Positions 1 through 8,484 of a stretch of 64,000 nt of DNA are shown one piece after another; positions within the stretch are counted from its first letter, which is position 1, and the number at the start of each line of letters is the position of its first letter. A model generated the notes under the pieces. It searched no databases, was not told the origin of the DNA, and was given only the letters and a program-made list of their open reading frames with translations. Made by a program: the position numbers and the translations under genes. Origin of the DNA: Candidatus Calditenuaceae archaeon. Its GTDB lineage: Archaea > Thermoproteota > Nitrososphaeria_A > Caldarchaeales > Calditenuaceae. The stretch lies in the NCBI GenBank assembly GCA_025058055.1, contig JANXEU010000028.1, forward strand, positions 23,711 through 87,710, written 5' to 3'.

Positions 1-1477
1 CGGGGACCTTGAGAAGCTCTGCTGCGAGCTGTGCCACCGACTCGACAACGCCCTGCCCTATCTCGGTGAAACTCCCACCGACCACAACGGACCCGTCACG
101 TTTGAGCTCGACGGAGACGCTACCTCTGTCAGGAAGGGCACCTATCGTGTAACCCTTCATCCCAGCTGCTACGCCGACACCTCTCCTGAGCCACGGATAC
201 TCGAGTGTGCCGTCTTTCCGGCGATCGCGCCAGATCGGGTGATCCATGGCGACCTTCAGACATTCGTATATCCCCACGCTCCCCTCCATCTTGTTACCGA
301 AGACGTAGATGTCGCCTTTCCTTATCGCGTTGATCATCCTCAGCTCAATAGGGTCGATACCGATCCGCCGAGCGATCCGATCTACCTGCCTCTCCATCGC
401 GAACATCACTTGAGGTGCCCCAAAGCCCCTGAACGCCGACGCAACCATGTTGTTCGTGTAGACGAGATACGCGTCGATCCTCGCGCTCGAGACTCTATAA
501 GGGCCGTTACAATTCTCTATGGCCACATCCAGAACTGCGGGCCCCAGAGCAGCGTAGGCTCCAGTGTCGTAGATTATTTCGACCTCGTTCGCGAGCAACC
601 GACCGTCTCTCGAGGCAGCCGTTCTCATCTTTATGATCGCAGGGTGTCTTTTGGTACCCGAGATCATGGACTCCTCTCTGGAGAGAACCAGTCTTGCAGG
701 CCTGCCGGTCTTCGCGGTCACCAGCGCGAGATGGATTTGGACGGTGACGTCGTCCTTACCTCCGAACGCGCCGCCGACGTAGGGAGTTATGACTCGAACC
801 TGTTCCGCAGGAACGTTCAGTGCGTGCGCGATCTCGGCTCTGTCCCTGTGCGGTGACTGGCCTCCTGCAACGACCACGATCCTGCCCTTCTCATCGAGGT
901 AGGAGATCCCCGCCTCCGTCTCGAGGAAGGCGTGTATCTGAGTTCCGGTGGTATAGGTGCCCTCGACTACGATGTCCGCCCGCGCGAACGCCTCCTCAAC
1001 GTCACCGAACCTGAGGCTGGTCTGCCTGCAGATGTTGCCACTCTCGTGGACTCTCGGTGAATCAGCTCTGAGCGCTGCGATCGGATCTGTCACCGCGGGG
1101 AGCGGCTCGTAATCCACGTCGATCAATTTGACTGCTTCCAACGCAGCCTCGCGGGTCTCAGCAGCTACCAGAGCCACCGGATCGCCGATGTAGCGAACCT
1201 TATCGTCGCACAGCACGGGCCTGTCCTTCGCGAAGACTCCGAACCTGTTCACAGGGACGTCCTCATGCGTCAGAACCGCGACCACCCCTGGATGTGACCT
1301 TGCCCTGCGGGCATCTATTCCCTTAATGAGCGCGTGCGGATATCTGCTGCGAAGCACCGATACCCAGAGGAAGCCGTCGGGGAAGAGGTCGGAGGCGTAA
1401 TTCGCGGTGCCAGTAGCCTTCTCGAACGCATCTCTTCTGACGACCGGTGCACCCACGTAGGAGGCCATGGAGCTCAT
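1..1477 (-). CDS. Xanthine dehydrogenase/aldehyde oxidoreductase-family molybdopterin-binding large subunit (N-terminal ~492 codons; C-terminus lies beyond the window start)
   Basis: Not in the ORF track because it is truncated. Manual minus-strand translation from ATG at 1477 gives MSSMASYVGAPVVRRDAFEKATGTANYASDLFPDGFLWVSVLRSRYPHALIKGIDARRARSHPGVVAVLTHEDVP... The frame is still open at position 2 (...IGQGVVESVAQLAAELLKVP, the GQG..aQiaAe.LG motif of this family). ATGA start/stop overlap with the medium subunit at 1474-1477. Confidence 0.85.
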   Translation of the reverse strand, partial: MSSMASYVGAPVVRRDAFEKATGTANYASDLFPDGFLWVSVLRSRYPHALIKGIDARRARSHPGVVAVLTHEDVPVNRFGVFAKDRPVLCDDKVRYIGDPVALVAAETREAALEAVKLIDVDYEPLPAVTDPIAALRADSPRVHESGNICRQTSLRFGDVEEAFARADIVVEGTYTTGTQIHAFLETEAGISYLDEKGRIVVVAGGQSPHRDRAEIAHALNVPAEQVRVITPYVGGAFGGKDDVTVQIHLALVTAKTGRPARLVLSREESMISGTKRHPAIIKMRTAASRDGRLLANEVEIIYDTGAYAALGPAVLDVAIENCNGPYRVSSARIDAYLVYTNNMVASAFRGFGAPQVMFAMERQVDRIARRIGIDPIELRMINAIRKGDIYVFGNKMEGSVGIYECLKVAMDHPIWRDRRKDGTLEYPWLRRGVGVAAGMKGYTIGALPDRGSVSVELKRDGSVVVGGSFTEIGQGVVESVAQLAAELLKVP

Positions 1478-2358
1478 ACCGCACCTACCTCCTTAGCCAG
1501 CCTCCAGAGAGTCATGTAGAGGTAGTTCACCGACATCTCCCTACGATATGCGGCCGAGCCCCTTACGTCGTCGATAGGTGAGATCGACTTTAGGACAGCC
1601 CTCGAGGCCTCCCACATGACGTCTTCCCTCAACTTCTTTCCCTTCAGGACCTTCTCGGCCTCGGGGGCCCTGACGACGGTTGGGGCAACGGCCCCCAGCG
1701 CGATTGCGGCGTTTCTGACCTTGTCGCCATCGAGGTCCAAGATCACGGCCCCGTTGACGACCGATATCGCGTCTCCCTGTCTGAGACCGTGCTTGAAGAA
1801 GTGTCCCACCTCGCCTGCACCCATAGCCCTGAGCTTGACCTCTGCAAGGAGCTCGCCAGGTCTGATCTCGAGCATCTTGTAACCCTTGTAGAAGTCTGAG
1901 ATCCCCATGATGCGTGTGCCGTTCAGGCTGATCAGTTTGAGCTCCGCGTCGAGCACGTATAGCGGCGGTAATGAGTCAGCAGCAGGAGAGGCGTTGATGA
2001 TGTTGCCGCCGATCGTGCCCTTGTTCATTATCTGCACAGAACCAATGGTCTCGGCAGCTTCGGCCAGTATTGGAGCGTATCTCTTAACGATTTCAGACTC
2101 GGCGATCTCGGAGAAGGTAGTCAGGGCCCCAATTGCGATGTGTCCGTTAGAGCGTTTGACGTATCTCAACTCTCGCAACCCTGAGATGTCGATCAGGTCG
2201 GACTTGGGAACCGCACCTGACCGCAACTGAACGAGAAGATCCGTTCCTCCGGCGAGCAGCTTGAAGCCTCTCCGAGAGGAGAGGAGTCTTAACACCTCTG
2301 TCACGTCCTTAGGGACTAGCACGTCCACATCGTGAAGTGGGACCTCCAAATCAGACAC
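1474..2358 (-). CDS. FAD-binding medium subunit of the XDH/CODH-family molybdoenzyme (CoxM/XdhB-like)
   Basis: 294-aa ORF with LLAGGTDLLVQLR and GTIGGNIINASPAADS (FAD-binding-5 type) and a C-terminal DVRGSAAYRREM flavoprotein domain. It is coupled to both neighbouring subunits by overlaps. Confidence 0.85.
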   Translation of the reverse strand: MSDLEVPLHDVDVLVPKDVTEVLRLLSSRRGFKLLAGGTDLLVQLRSGAVPKSDLIDISGLRELRYVKRSNGHIAIGALTTFSEIAESEIVKRYAPILAEAAETIGSVQIMNKGTIGGNIINASPAADSLPPLYVLDAELKLISLNGTRIMGISDFYKGYKMLEIRPGELLAEVKLRAMGAGEVGHFFKHGLRQGDAISVVNGAVILDLDGDKVRNAAIALGAVAPTVVRAPEAEKVLKGKKLREDVMWEASRAVLKSISPIDDVRGSAAYRREMSVNYLYMTLWRLAKEVGAV

Positions 2359-2833
2359 CCGCTGCGCTCAGGACTGCCTTCACGATCTTCGAGTAGCCGG
2401 TGCACCTACAGAGGTTCCCCCTTATCGCTTCTTTCACCTCTTCTTCTGTAGGTCTTGGTCTCTTTAGAAGAAGAGCGTAAGAGGAGATGATCAGCCCCGG
2501 CGTGCAGTGTCCACACTGTACAGCACCCGCCTCCACGAACGACCTCACAAGCCTGTGTTCGGGGTCGATGCCCTCTATCGTGGTGACGTTCTTCCCCTCT
2601 ACCTGCGTCATCACGGTCAGACACGAGTGGACCGGTTCGCCGTTAAGGAGGACGGTACACTCGCCACAATCTCCCCTGGCGCAACCTTCTTTAGTCCCCG
2701 TCATCCGGAGTTCGTACCTGAGGATCTCGAGGAGCGTGTGACACGGAGGAGCTCTCACGGTCATCGCCTTCCCGTTCAGGAAAAACCTGAACTCCTTCTC
2801 AATCCTGCGTGACATCGTTGTAGGTTTAATCAT
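2351..2833 (-). CDS. [2Fe-2S] small subunit of the XDH/CODH-family molybdoenzyme (CoxS/XdhC-small-like)
   Basis: 160-aa ORF with cluster motifs CARGDCGECTV, CGHCTPG and CRCTGY. It is the first gene of the S-M-L operon on the minus strand. Confidence 0.9.
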   Translation of the reverse strand: MIKPTTMSRRIEKEFRFFLNGKAMTVRAPPCHTLLEILRYELRMTGTKEGCARGDCGECTVLLNGEPVHSCLTVMTQVEGKNVTTIEGIDPEHRLVRSFVEAGAVQCGHCTPGLIISSYALLLKRPRPTEEEVKEAIRGNLCRCTGYSKIVKAVLSAAGV

Positions 2834-2909
2834 CCGCTTGGGATAAAAACGTGCACCGAAACTCCGCTATTGCGACACACTAATCAGATAGCAAGCGAAC
2901 GATAGGTAG

Positions 2910-3206
2910 ATGTTGCTTTACAAGGGCAGCGGCGAAACGGTCTCGAGGGTGGTGGATCGGATTCTGTCGGATGAGGTCGGCTCGAGAGCAAACGTCATCG
3001 TCAGGGACGCATTTCAGCTGATCGGTGCCCAAGGACAGTACGTGCGGATTATGGGAACCGAGGAACAGGAGACTCGGATAAGGGAGCTAATCGGATCCGA
3101 ACTCGAAGAGGTCCGCGGCGAGGAGCTCGAACAGGTCATCAGAGCGCTCCGGGAGGAGGACGAGAGGGCCCTTTCCGGTGTGGGAATGATATTCGGCGGC
3201 GAGTAG
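2910..3206 (+). CDS. Hypothetical 98-aa protein with a ribosomal-stalk-like C-terminal tail (EEDERALSGVGMIFGGE)
   Basis: Clean ATG ORF transcribed divergently from the molybdoenzyme operon. The acidic helical C-terminal third ends in ALSGVGMIFG, matching the P1 tail [10 protein letters not shown] encoded at 59798-60115. I recognise no family for the N-terminal part. Confidence 0.55.
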   Translation: MLLYKGSGETVSRVVDRILSDEVGSRANVIVRDAFQLIGAQGQYVRIMGTEEQETRIRELIGSELEEVRGEELEQVIRALREEDERALSGVGMIFGGE

Positions 3207-3331
3207 ATCGTCTCCGACTTCCCGGCTGTGCTGTGTAAATCAGTATAACATTGAATACTTTCTTATATCAGAATGATCGAAACTGAAAATATATCTAGAT
3301 CACTGATAATTGAAACGTGAGGTGAAGCGAG

Positions 3332-3874
3332 TTGTCTAGGTCCTCAGTCTGGGCCTCGAGGTTCATAATTGCGGCGATAATTCAAGGAGCTCTGGCGACA
3401 GCGAATACACTGTTCTGGGTAGTTGGACAACTTGGATTCCTGAGGCCCGAGGTAAGCAGGGTCATAGCCTTCGGGAGCGCAGGAACGTGGTTCACCGTGG
3501 GATACACGACTTACCTCATCGTCGGCGTGGTTGCAACAGCTGTTACCGCCCTCTTCTACCATTACATAGAAGGCGTGCTGGGGAAGTCGTATACCGGTAT
3601 CGCCAATAAACTCGCCTGGCTCCATCTAATACTGATGAACGTGGGCGTAGTAGGTGCGACTTGGTTGATGATGATAGGCGGCTATCAAGGTGGAGCTGCC
3701 ATGCTACCTCCTGCCGTCGGAGGTAGAGGGTGGAACGCGACTATGGTACACGTGAACGTCTTTTATGGTATTCCGCTAGGATATCCAACATGGATCGCGG
3801 TGTTCATATTCATATTGGCAGCCGGCGTCTTCTGTGGAGGACTCGGATATCTAATAACGTGGCGCCGCAAATAA
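3332..3874 (+). CDS. Integral membrane protein of unknown function (paralog 1 of a tandem pair)
   Basis: 180 aa, TTG start preceded by gaggtga. There are four to five hydrophobic segments. It shares the block KLAWLHLILMNVG and overall roughly 40% identity (by eye) with the ORF at 4292-4813. Confidence 0.65.
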   Translation: MSRSSVWASRFIIAAIIQGALATANTLFWVVGQLGFLRPEVSRVIAFGSAGTWFTVGYTTYLIVGVVATAVTALFYHYIEGVLGKSYTGIANKLAWLHLILMNVGVVGATWLMMIGGYQGGAAMLPPAVGGRGWNATMVHVNVFYGIPLGYPTWIAVFIFILAAGVFCGGLGYLITWRRK

Positions 3875-4291
3875 TTCTTACCATATATTTTGTGTCTGAG
3901 CTCCATGTTTACATGTGGTGAAGATCACAGTTAATGCCAGATTACAGCGACCGAACGCTGTCATGCGAACGACACTGCGAACACCGAGGCCATCGATTCG
4001 GCCGAGATCGGTCACCATCCAGACCAGCTCTGTATAGCTGCGCGATGACCTCCGAGACGCAAACGAACCTCCTTGACCATTAAACAGCGACGATTGACGG
4101 CTTCATCGTGACTCTCAAGCTGGCTGATAGATGGTAGGTAATCGGCTGAGATGCCTACACGGGCGCTATCATCACCCAGACTAAGCGTGAGGCCGTGAAG
4201 CTTTCGGGAGTTGGAGCGGTCGGCCACCTGAGTAACCATTCTGGATGGTGATAACATTTATAGGAAGCCCAACGCGATTATATTAAATGGA

Positions 4292-4813
4292 ATGTTGTTA
4301 GACCGAAGCTCAACTTGGGCGTTCAGGTTCGGTGTTGCCGGAATCGTTCACGGGAGTCTGGCCGTGATAGCCATAATTCTCTGGGCGACGGGGCTTCCAC
4401 CCTTCGTGAGACCGCAGATGAGCTGGTTAATATATATAGAAGGTTATGGTATATGGTTCGCACTAGGTTACGCGACCTATATAATTCTCGGCGTCGCGGG
4501 CGCGTTCTTGATGTCCGCGCTTTACCGCGACACTGAAAAAGGGCTTGGAAAGAAGTACACTGGAACAGCGGAGAAACTCGCATGGCTCCATCTGATACTG
4601 ATGAACGTTGGCATCGCTAGCACGAGTTGGTTGATGATGGTGGCAGGAGATGCGGCCATGCTCCCGCCGGAGCTTTGCGCCCTCATTCATCCAGGTTTCC
4701 TGTTCGCCATCGTAATCGAGTACCCGACACTGATGACCATTTCTATAGCGTCGCTAGTTGCAGGGATCATTTCTGGGGCGCTCGGATACCGAATGACGCG
4801 GCGAACTGCGTGA
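4292..4813 (+). CDS. Integral membrane protein of unknown function (paralog 2 of a tandem pair)
   Basis: 173 aa with the same topology and KLAWLHLILMNVG block as 3332-3874. A TATA-like tttatagg lies about 30 nt upstream of the ATG. Confidence 0.65.
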   Translation: MLLDRSSTWAFRFGVAGIVHGSLAVIAIILWATGLPPFVRPQMSWLIYIEGYGIWFALGYATYIILGVAGAFLMSALYRDTEKGLGKKYTGTAEKLAWLHLILMNVGIASTSWLMMVAGDAAMLPPELCALIHPGFLFAIVIEYPTLMTISIASLVAGIISGALGYRMTRRTA

Positions 4814-5066
4814 GCCTCTGACAAGATCACACAATTCTATTCTTACCATGTAATCACAACAGCACCCCTGAAAAAAATTGGATACACGTCAACGACAGCT
4901 CATGGGACAGCTAGATGACTATCGATGACACTCTTAGCTGACCGATGCCAAAAGCGCGTGAAACCATACAGGTGCGGTGTAGCTATCGTGCTAAGAGAAC
5001 CGTTACAATTCGCTCGCGTAGAGAGGACTGTTGAATCGGTTTCCGGGTAACCGTGATCAGTAATGA

Positions 5067-6128
5067 TCATTTGGAGACCCATCGCGAGACGCTCTCCGTA
5101 GATTTTACGAGCCGCGCGCCTTCTGAAGCGAACTTCCTGTAACATGCGTCTGCGATTTCGGTGTAGTCGACCACACCTCTTACGACTACAGGCGACGAGC
5201 AATCCTCGAGTAGGTGAATCCTCCGTATCAACTCGTTATCCCTTTCCCTGAAGGCGTCTATGAGGTCCTCTACAGTCCACGCGACGCAGTGGCTCTTCGC
5301 CTGTCCAGCTACTATGATCATGTCAAAGCGGCTCAGCTCTTCTACAAGCTTGATGTCCAGCGCCCCTAGGTCTTCACCTTCGGGACCAGCCTTCACCTCC
5401 GGTTGCAACGCGGAATAATGTTCGGTGAAGGGGTTCATACCCTTCATTCTGATGAATGGCTGCGAACATCGAGCTATAGAGTGAAAGAACACCGCCTCCT
5501 CCACTGCAGATACCAGTGCGTGACCGATCCCACCGAGCATGGCGTGAAAGGGCCAGACCGTGAGCTCGTACTTCCCTAAGTTCTCGAGAAACTCGACGTA
5601 GTGAAGTAAGTGCCTCTGGGCCCACTCGTGCGATACGTTGAGTGCGCTACAGGCTTCCGGATCGACGAGCCATCTGCCCCGCCTCACGTCGTCCACCGTA
5701 ACCCTCGTGTAAGGATCGGGGTGGTTGCCGTCCTTGTCAACGAAGAACGTCTCATGGAAGATCTGGTAGGCTTGGTGCGTGTCCATTGTCAGATAGATTC
5801 TGGTCAGAGTCTCGAGGTTCCTGTAAATGAACTGACACAGCCTCACGTTGTCCTCGACGGCTCCCAACCCCGACCTTCCTGCGACGAAGAGCTCGAAGCT
5901 TGGGATACAGAACGTGTTCTGTACGTCTATCAGTAGCAGCGCCACCTTGAAGTCGTCCTTCGAAGCGACTCGCAGTCCATAGGTCTTTGCCCATCTTCTC
6001 GCCTCTCGAGCCCTCTCAACGTAATCTACCCTCCACACGTCGCCGACGAACTCTGGTCTGAAGTGCGGAGGTATTGGAAGCTCCCTCATCACCCGAAGAG
6101 CGCCGGGGCTGAAGATCAGCGTTTTCAT
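5067..6128 (-). CDS. Isochorismatase-family cysteine hydrolase, probable nicotinamidase-like amidase
   Basis: The track ORF (5067-6908) is over-extended; I start at the internal ATG at 6128 (MKTLIFSPGAL...). Motifs are ALLLIDVQNTFC (Asp) and IVAGQAKSHCVAWTVEDL (catalytic Cys). It is divergent from a NAPRTase gene. At 353 aa it is larger than classical PncA. Confidence 0.55.
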   Translation of the reverse strand: MKTLIFSPGALRVMRELPIPPHFRPEFVGDVWRVDYVERAREARRWAKTYGLRVASKDDFKVALLLIDVQNTFCIPSFELFVAGRSGLGAVEDNVRLCQFIYRNLETLTRIYLTMDTHQAYQIFHETFFVDKDGNHPDPYTRVTVDDVRRGRWLVDPEACSALNVSHEWAQRHLLHYVEFLENLGKYELTVWPFHAMLGGIGHALVSAVEEAVFFHSIARCSQPFIRMKGMNPFTEHYSALQPEVKAGPEGEDLGALDIKLVEELSRFDMIIVAGQAKSHCVAWTVEDLIDAFRERDNELIRRIHLLEDCSSPVVVRGVVDYTEIADACYRKFASEGARLVKSTESVSRWVSK

Positions 6129-6212
6129 CCGGCCAGGAGTACTGAGATCGAACCGCGTTGCCTGAAAGCGACACGTTAAATGTTGCGACCTCGGCCGACA
6201 GAGGAGGCAGTC

Positions 6213-7418
6213 ATGAAGGCCCGGCTCTACTATGCTGACGAGAGCTCGATACTTGAGGGTCGGGTGACCGACGTTTACTTCCTGAGGACCAGCGACATAG
6301 TGAGCAGGAGCGGACTGAGTAGGAGAAGGGTTTGTGCGGACGTGCACAGCTACGGCTTGCCCTCGGGGTACTCGTGGGCTATCTTCGCGGGACTCGAGGA
6401 GGCACTGAGGTTGCTGGAGGGTAGGAAGGTCAACGTTCACGCGATGGAGGAGGGCGAGATCTTCAGACCCTTTGAGCCTGTAATGGAGATAGAAGGCCCT
6501 TACTCGGAGTTCGGCGTCTACGAGTCGGCTATTTTGGGGACCCTCCGACACGAGTCGAGCGTAGCCTCTAAGGCAGCTAGGGTCAGACTGGCCACCTGGG
6601 GGAAGCAGCTCGTCTTCTTCGGGATAAGGTGCGTTCACCCTGCTGTAGCCCCTGCCGTTGATAGGGCAGCTTTCATCGGAGGTTGTGACGCGGTCTCCGG
6701 TGTTTTGGGTGCCGAGATGCTCGGAGAGCTCCCGATCGGCACGATGCCCCACGCGCTCATAATAGTCTTCGGCGACCAAGAGAGGGCATGGAGGGCCTTC
6801 GATGAGCTGATGCCGCCGGAGGTACCACGGATAGCTCTCTGCGACACCTTCGATGACGAGCGAGTGGAAGCCCTTAGGGCAGCAGAGTCTCTCGGGAAGA
6901 GACTTCACGCTGTCAGACTAGATACCCCTAGCTCGAGAAGAGGGAACATGAGGGCGATAGTTGAGGAAGTGAGGTGGACGCTGAGGGTTCACGGCTACGA
7001 CTGGGTGAAGATCTTCGTGAGTGGCGGTATAGACGAGGATGAGGCGAGGGAGCTCGCAGATGTCGCAGACGGCTTCGGAGTCGGCACGTCGATCGCGTTT
7101 CCGCCCTCAGTCGACCTAGCTTTGGACATCGTTGAGGTCGATGGCAAACCCCTCTCGAAGAGGGGTAAGCTGCCCGGTAGGAAGCAAGTCTATCGGTGCG
7201 AGCGCTACCACGACGCAGTTGTTCCTGCATCGAAAACCCTTGAGATTTGTCCGACGTGCGGTGGCAAGGTGAGGCCGCTCCTCCGGCCTCTGATGATTGA
7301 CGGAGAGATCGTAGAACCTGTCAAACCTCCGAGGGAGATAAGGGCGAGGGTAATCAGCAGGCTCCAAGCGATCAGGGAGCTTAAGGACGCCCTTTCGCCA
7401 CCGAAGATCCTCGCCTGA
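6213..7418 (+). CDS. pncB: Nicotinate phosphoribosyltransferase (archaeal type)
   Basis: The N-terminus (MKARLYYADESSILEGRVTDVYFLRT) and barrel (GIRCVHPAV, GTMPHALI, VRLDTPSSRRG, IFVSGGIDE) are typical of type II PRTases, followed by a C-terminal CPTCGG zinc ribbon. Start is set at ATG 6213 (gaggagg just upstream) rather than 6180. Confidence 0.75.
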   Translation: MKARLYYADESSILEGRVTDVYFLRTSDIVSRSGLSRRRVCADVHSYGLPSGYSWAIFAGLEEALRLLEGRKVNVHAMEEGEIFRPFEPVMEIEGPYSEFGVYESAILGTLRHESSVASKAARVRLATWGKQLVFFGIRCVHPAVAPAVDRAAFIGGCDAVSGVLGAEMLGELPIGTMPHALIIVFGDQERAWRAFDELMPPEVPRIALCDTFDDERVEALRAAESLGKRLHAVRLDTPSSRRGNMRAIVEEVRWTLRVHGYDWVKIFVSGGIDEDEARELADVADGFGVGTSIAFPPSVDLALDIVEVDGKPLSKRGKLPGRKQVYRCERYHDAVVPASKTLEICPTCGGKVRPLLRPLMIDGEIVEPVKPPREIRARVISRLQAIRELKDALSPPKILA

Positions 7419-7500
7419 CGGTAACGGTACGCTCTCGTTTCACGAATACACGACACTGATTTTCAAACGATGCCGGCCGCATAACTTTCTAATAACGGAG

Positions 7501-8019
7501 GTGCGACGAAATCACGTGTCGACTAGCGATCAAAGGGTCAAGGTCACCATCGAACATCAGAACTTCCAGACTTCAATAGAGGGCGACCCGGACAGCGTCA
7601 TTAGAGCAGTCAACGCGTTCTTCGAGAAGGTCTTGCCTTCCTACTCGCTCGCTAGGCGTTTGGCCATCGACGTCTCCACCGAGGAAGTGATTAAGGCGCT
7701 CGAGGGTTACGTCGTATACGACAGATCGATCGGGTTCATCCATAAGCCGACAGTTCACAGCTTCCCTGCGGCAGACCAGATACTCTCGCTACTCGCGACG
7801 AAGTGGCTAGAGCACGTCTTAGGGACGAGGGACCACTCGGCAATACCGCTCAAGACGCTCTCCGAGGCCTTGGGTCTAAAGAGGGGGACGCTCACCGCGG
7901 CCCTGACCGATCTCAAGAAGTTGGGTTACGTGAGGAGCGCTGAGAGGGGAGACTACGAGATCACGAAGTACGGCCTTCAGGCTCTAGTTGAGAGGCTTGC
8001 CGAGCGCTCGAGGTTGTGA
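7501..8019 (+). CDS. Hypothetical protein with C-terminal winged-helix DNA-binding domain (paralog A)
   Basis: 172 aa. The N-terminal KVTIEHQNFQTSIEGDPDSVIRAVNAFFEKV module is followed by a wHTH-like IPLKTLSEALGLKRGTLTAALTDLKKLGYVRSAERGDYEITKYG. The 3' end overlaps the convergent paralog by 59 nt. Confidence 0.5.
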   Translation: MRRNHVSTSDQRVKVTIEHQNFQTSIEGDPDSVIRAVNAFFEKVLPSYSLARRLAIDVSTEEVIKALEGYVVYDRSIGFIHKPTVHSFPAADQILSLLATKWLEHVLGTRDHSAIPLKTLSEALGLKRGTLTAALTDLKKLGYVRSAERGDYEITKYGLQALVERLAERSRL

Positions 8020-8437
8020 CGTCCGTCGATTGCGGCCTCGAAGGCGAGACGTAGACGTACCTCCTAGGTGCGCCCTCCCTCGAGAGCTTCTCTTCCCTCA
8101 CCAGATCCAGTAGCACGTGCCCGACGGCGGTCGAGTCGAACCCATACCCCCTCCTTGCCACTTCCCTAGTGACATCAGACAATGTCCTGGCTTCCTCGAA
8201 GAAACCCTCAACCAGTAGCCTCTCAACCACCTGTCTACAGGTCTGGGGCTTCGTGCGCTCTCGATCCGTCACCGCGCGATCTACGGCCGTGCCTTCCCCC
8301 TCTTTCAGGGCCTCCAGCACCCTCCTCACGCCTTCTTCTATCTGATCTAGACTAGCCTCGATCTCAACCTCGTAGGAGCCGACCTTCAGCCTGACCTTGA
8401 CTTTGTCAGCTGAATCTTCTTGAAACATCCGCCACAC
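7961..8437 (-). CDS. Hypothetical protein with C-terminal winged-helix DNA-binding domain (paralog B)
   Basis: 158 aa. An N-terminal KVKVRLKVGSYEVEIEASLDQIEEGVRRVLEAL module is followed by the wHTH-like LSDVTREVARRGYGFDSTAVGHVLLDLVREEKLSREGAPRRYVYV. It is transcribed divergently from the NurA-like gene across a 47-bp AT-rich spacer. Confidence 0.5.
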   Translation of the reverse strand: MWRMFQEDSADKVKVRLKVGSYEVEIEASLDQIEEGVRRVLEALKEGEGTAVDRAVTDRERTKPQTCRQVVERLLVEGFFEEARTLSDVTREVARRGYGFDSTAVGHVLLDLVREEKLSREGAPRRYVYVSPSRPQSTDVTTSSARQASQLEPEGRTS

Positions 8438-8484
8438 CTAGCGATAGATTAATTAAAAACCAATTTTGAATCAATTGATGGATC
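8438..8484. promoter_or_regulatory. AT-rich divergent promoter region between wHTH paralog B and the NurA-like gene
   Basis: 47 bp (ctagcgatagattaattaaaaaccaattttgaatcaattgatggatc), much more AT-rich than the flanks, with TATA-like ttaattaaaaa. The position implies shared control. No experimental support. Confidence 0.35.

Noticed and set aside
239-1519. Plus-strand ORFs 239-856, 820-1014 and 1334-1519
   Set aside because: They lie antisense to the well-supported molybdoenzyme large-subunit frame. Their composition is Arg/Pro/Ser-rich, typical of shadow ORFs in GC-rich DNA.
4012-4257. 81-aa minus-strand ORF between the two membrane-protein paralogs
   Set aside because: I recognise no motif or family. 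The ATG abuts the TATA-like element better explained as the promoter of the plus-strand paralog at 4292. I cannot support it as a gene, though it is not excluded.
6129-6908. 5' extension of the 613-aa minus-strand ORF (5067-6908)
   Set aside because: The extension runs antisense through the NAPRTase gene and has junk-like composition. The isochorismatase homology begins at the internal Met at 6128.
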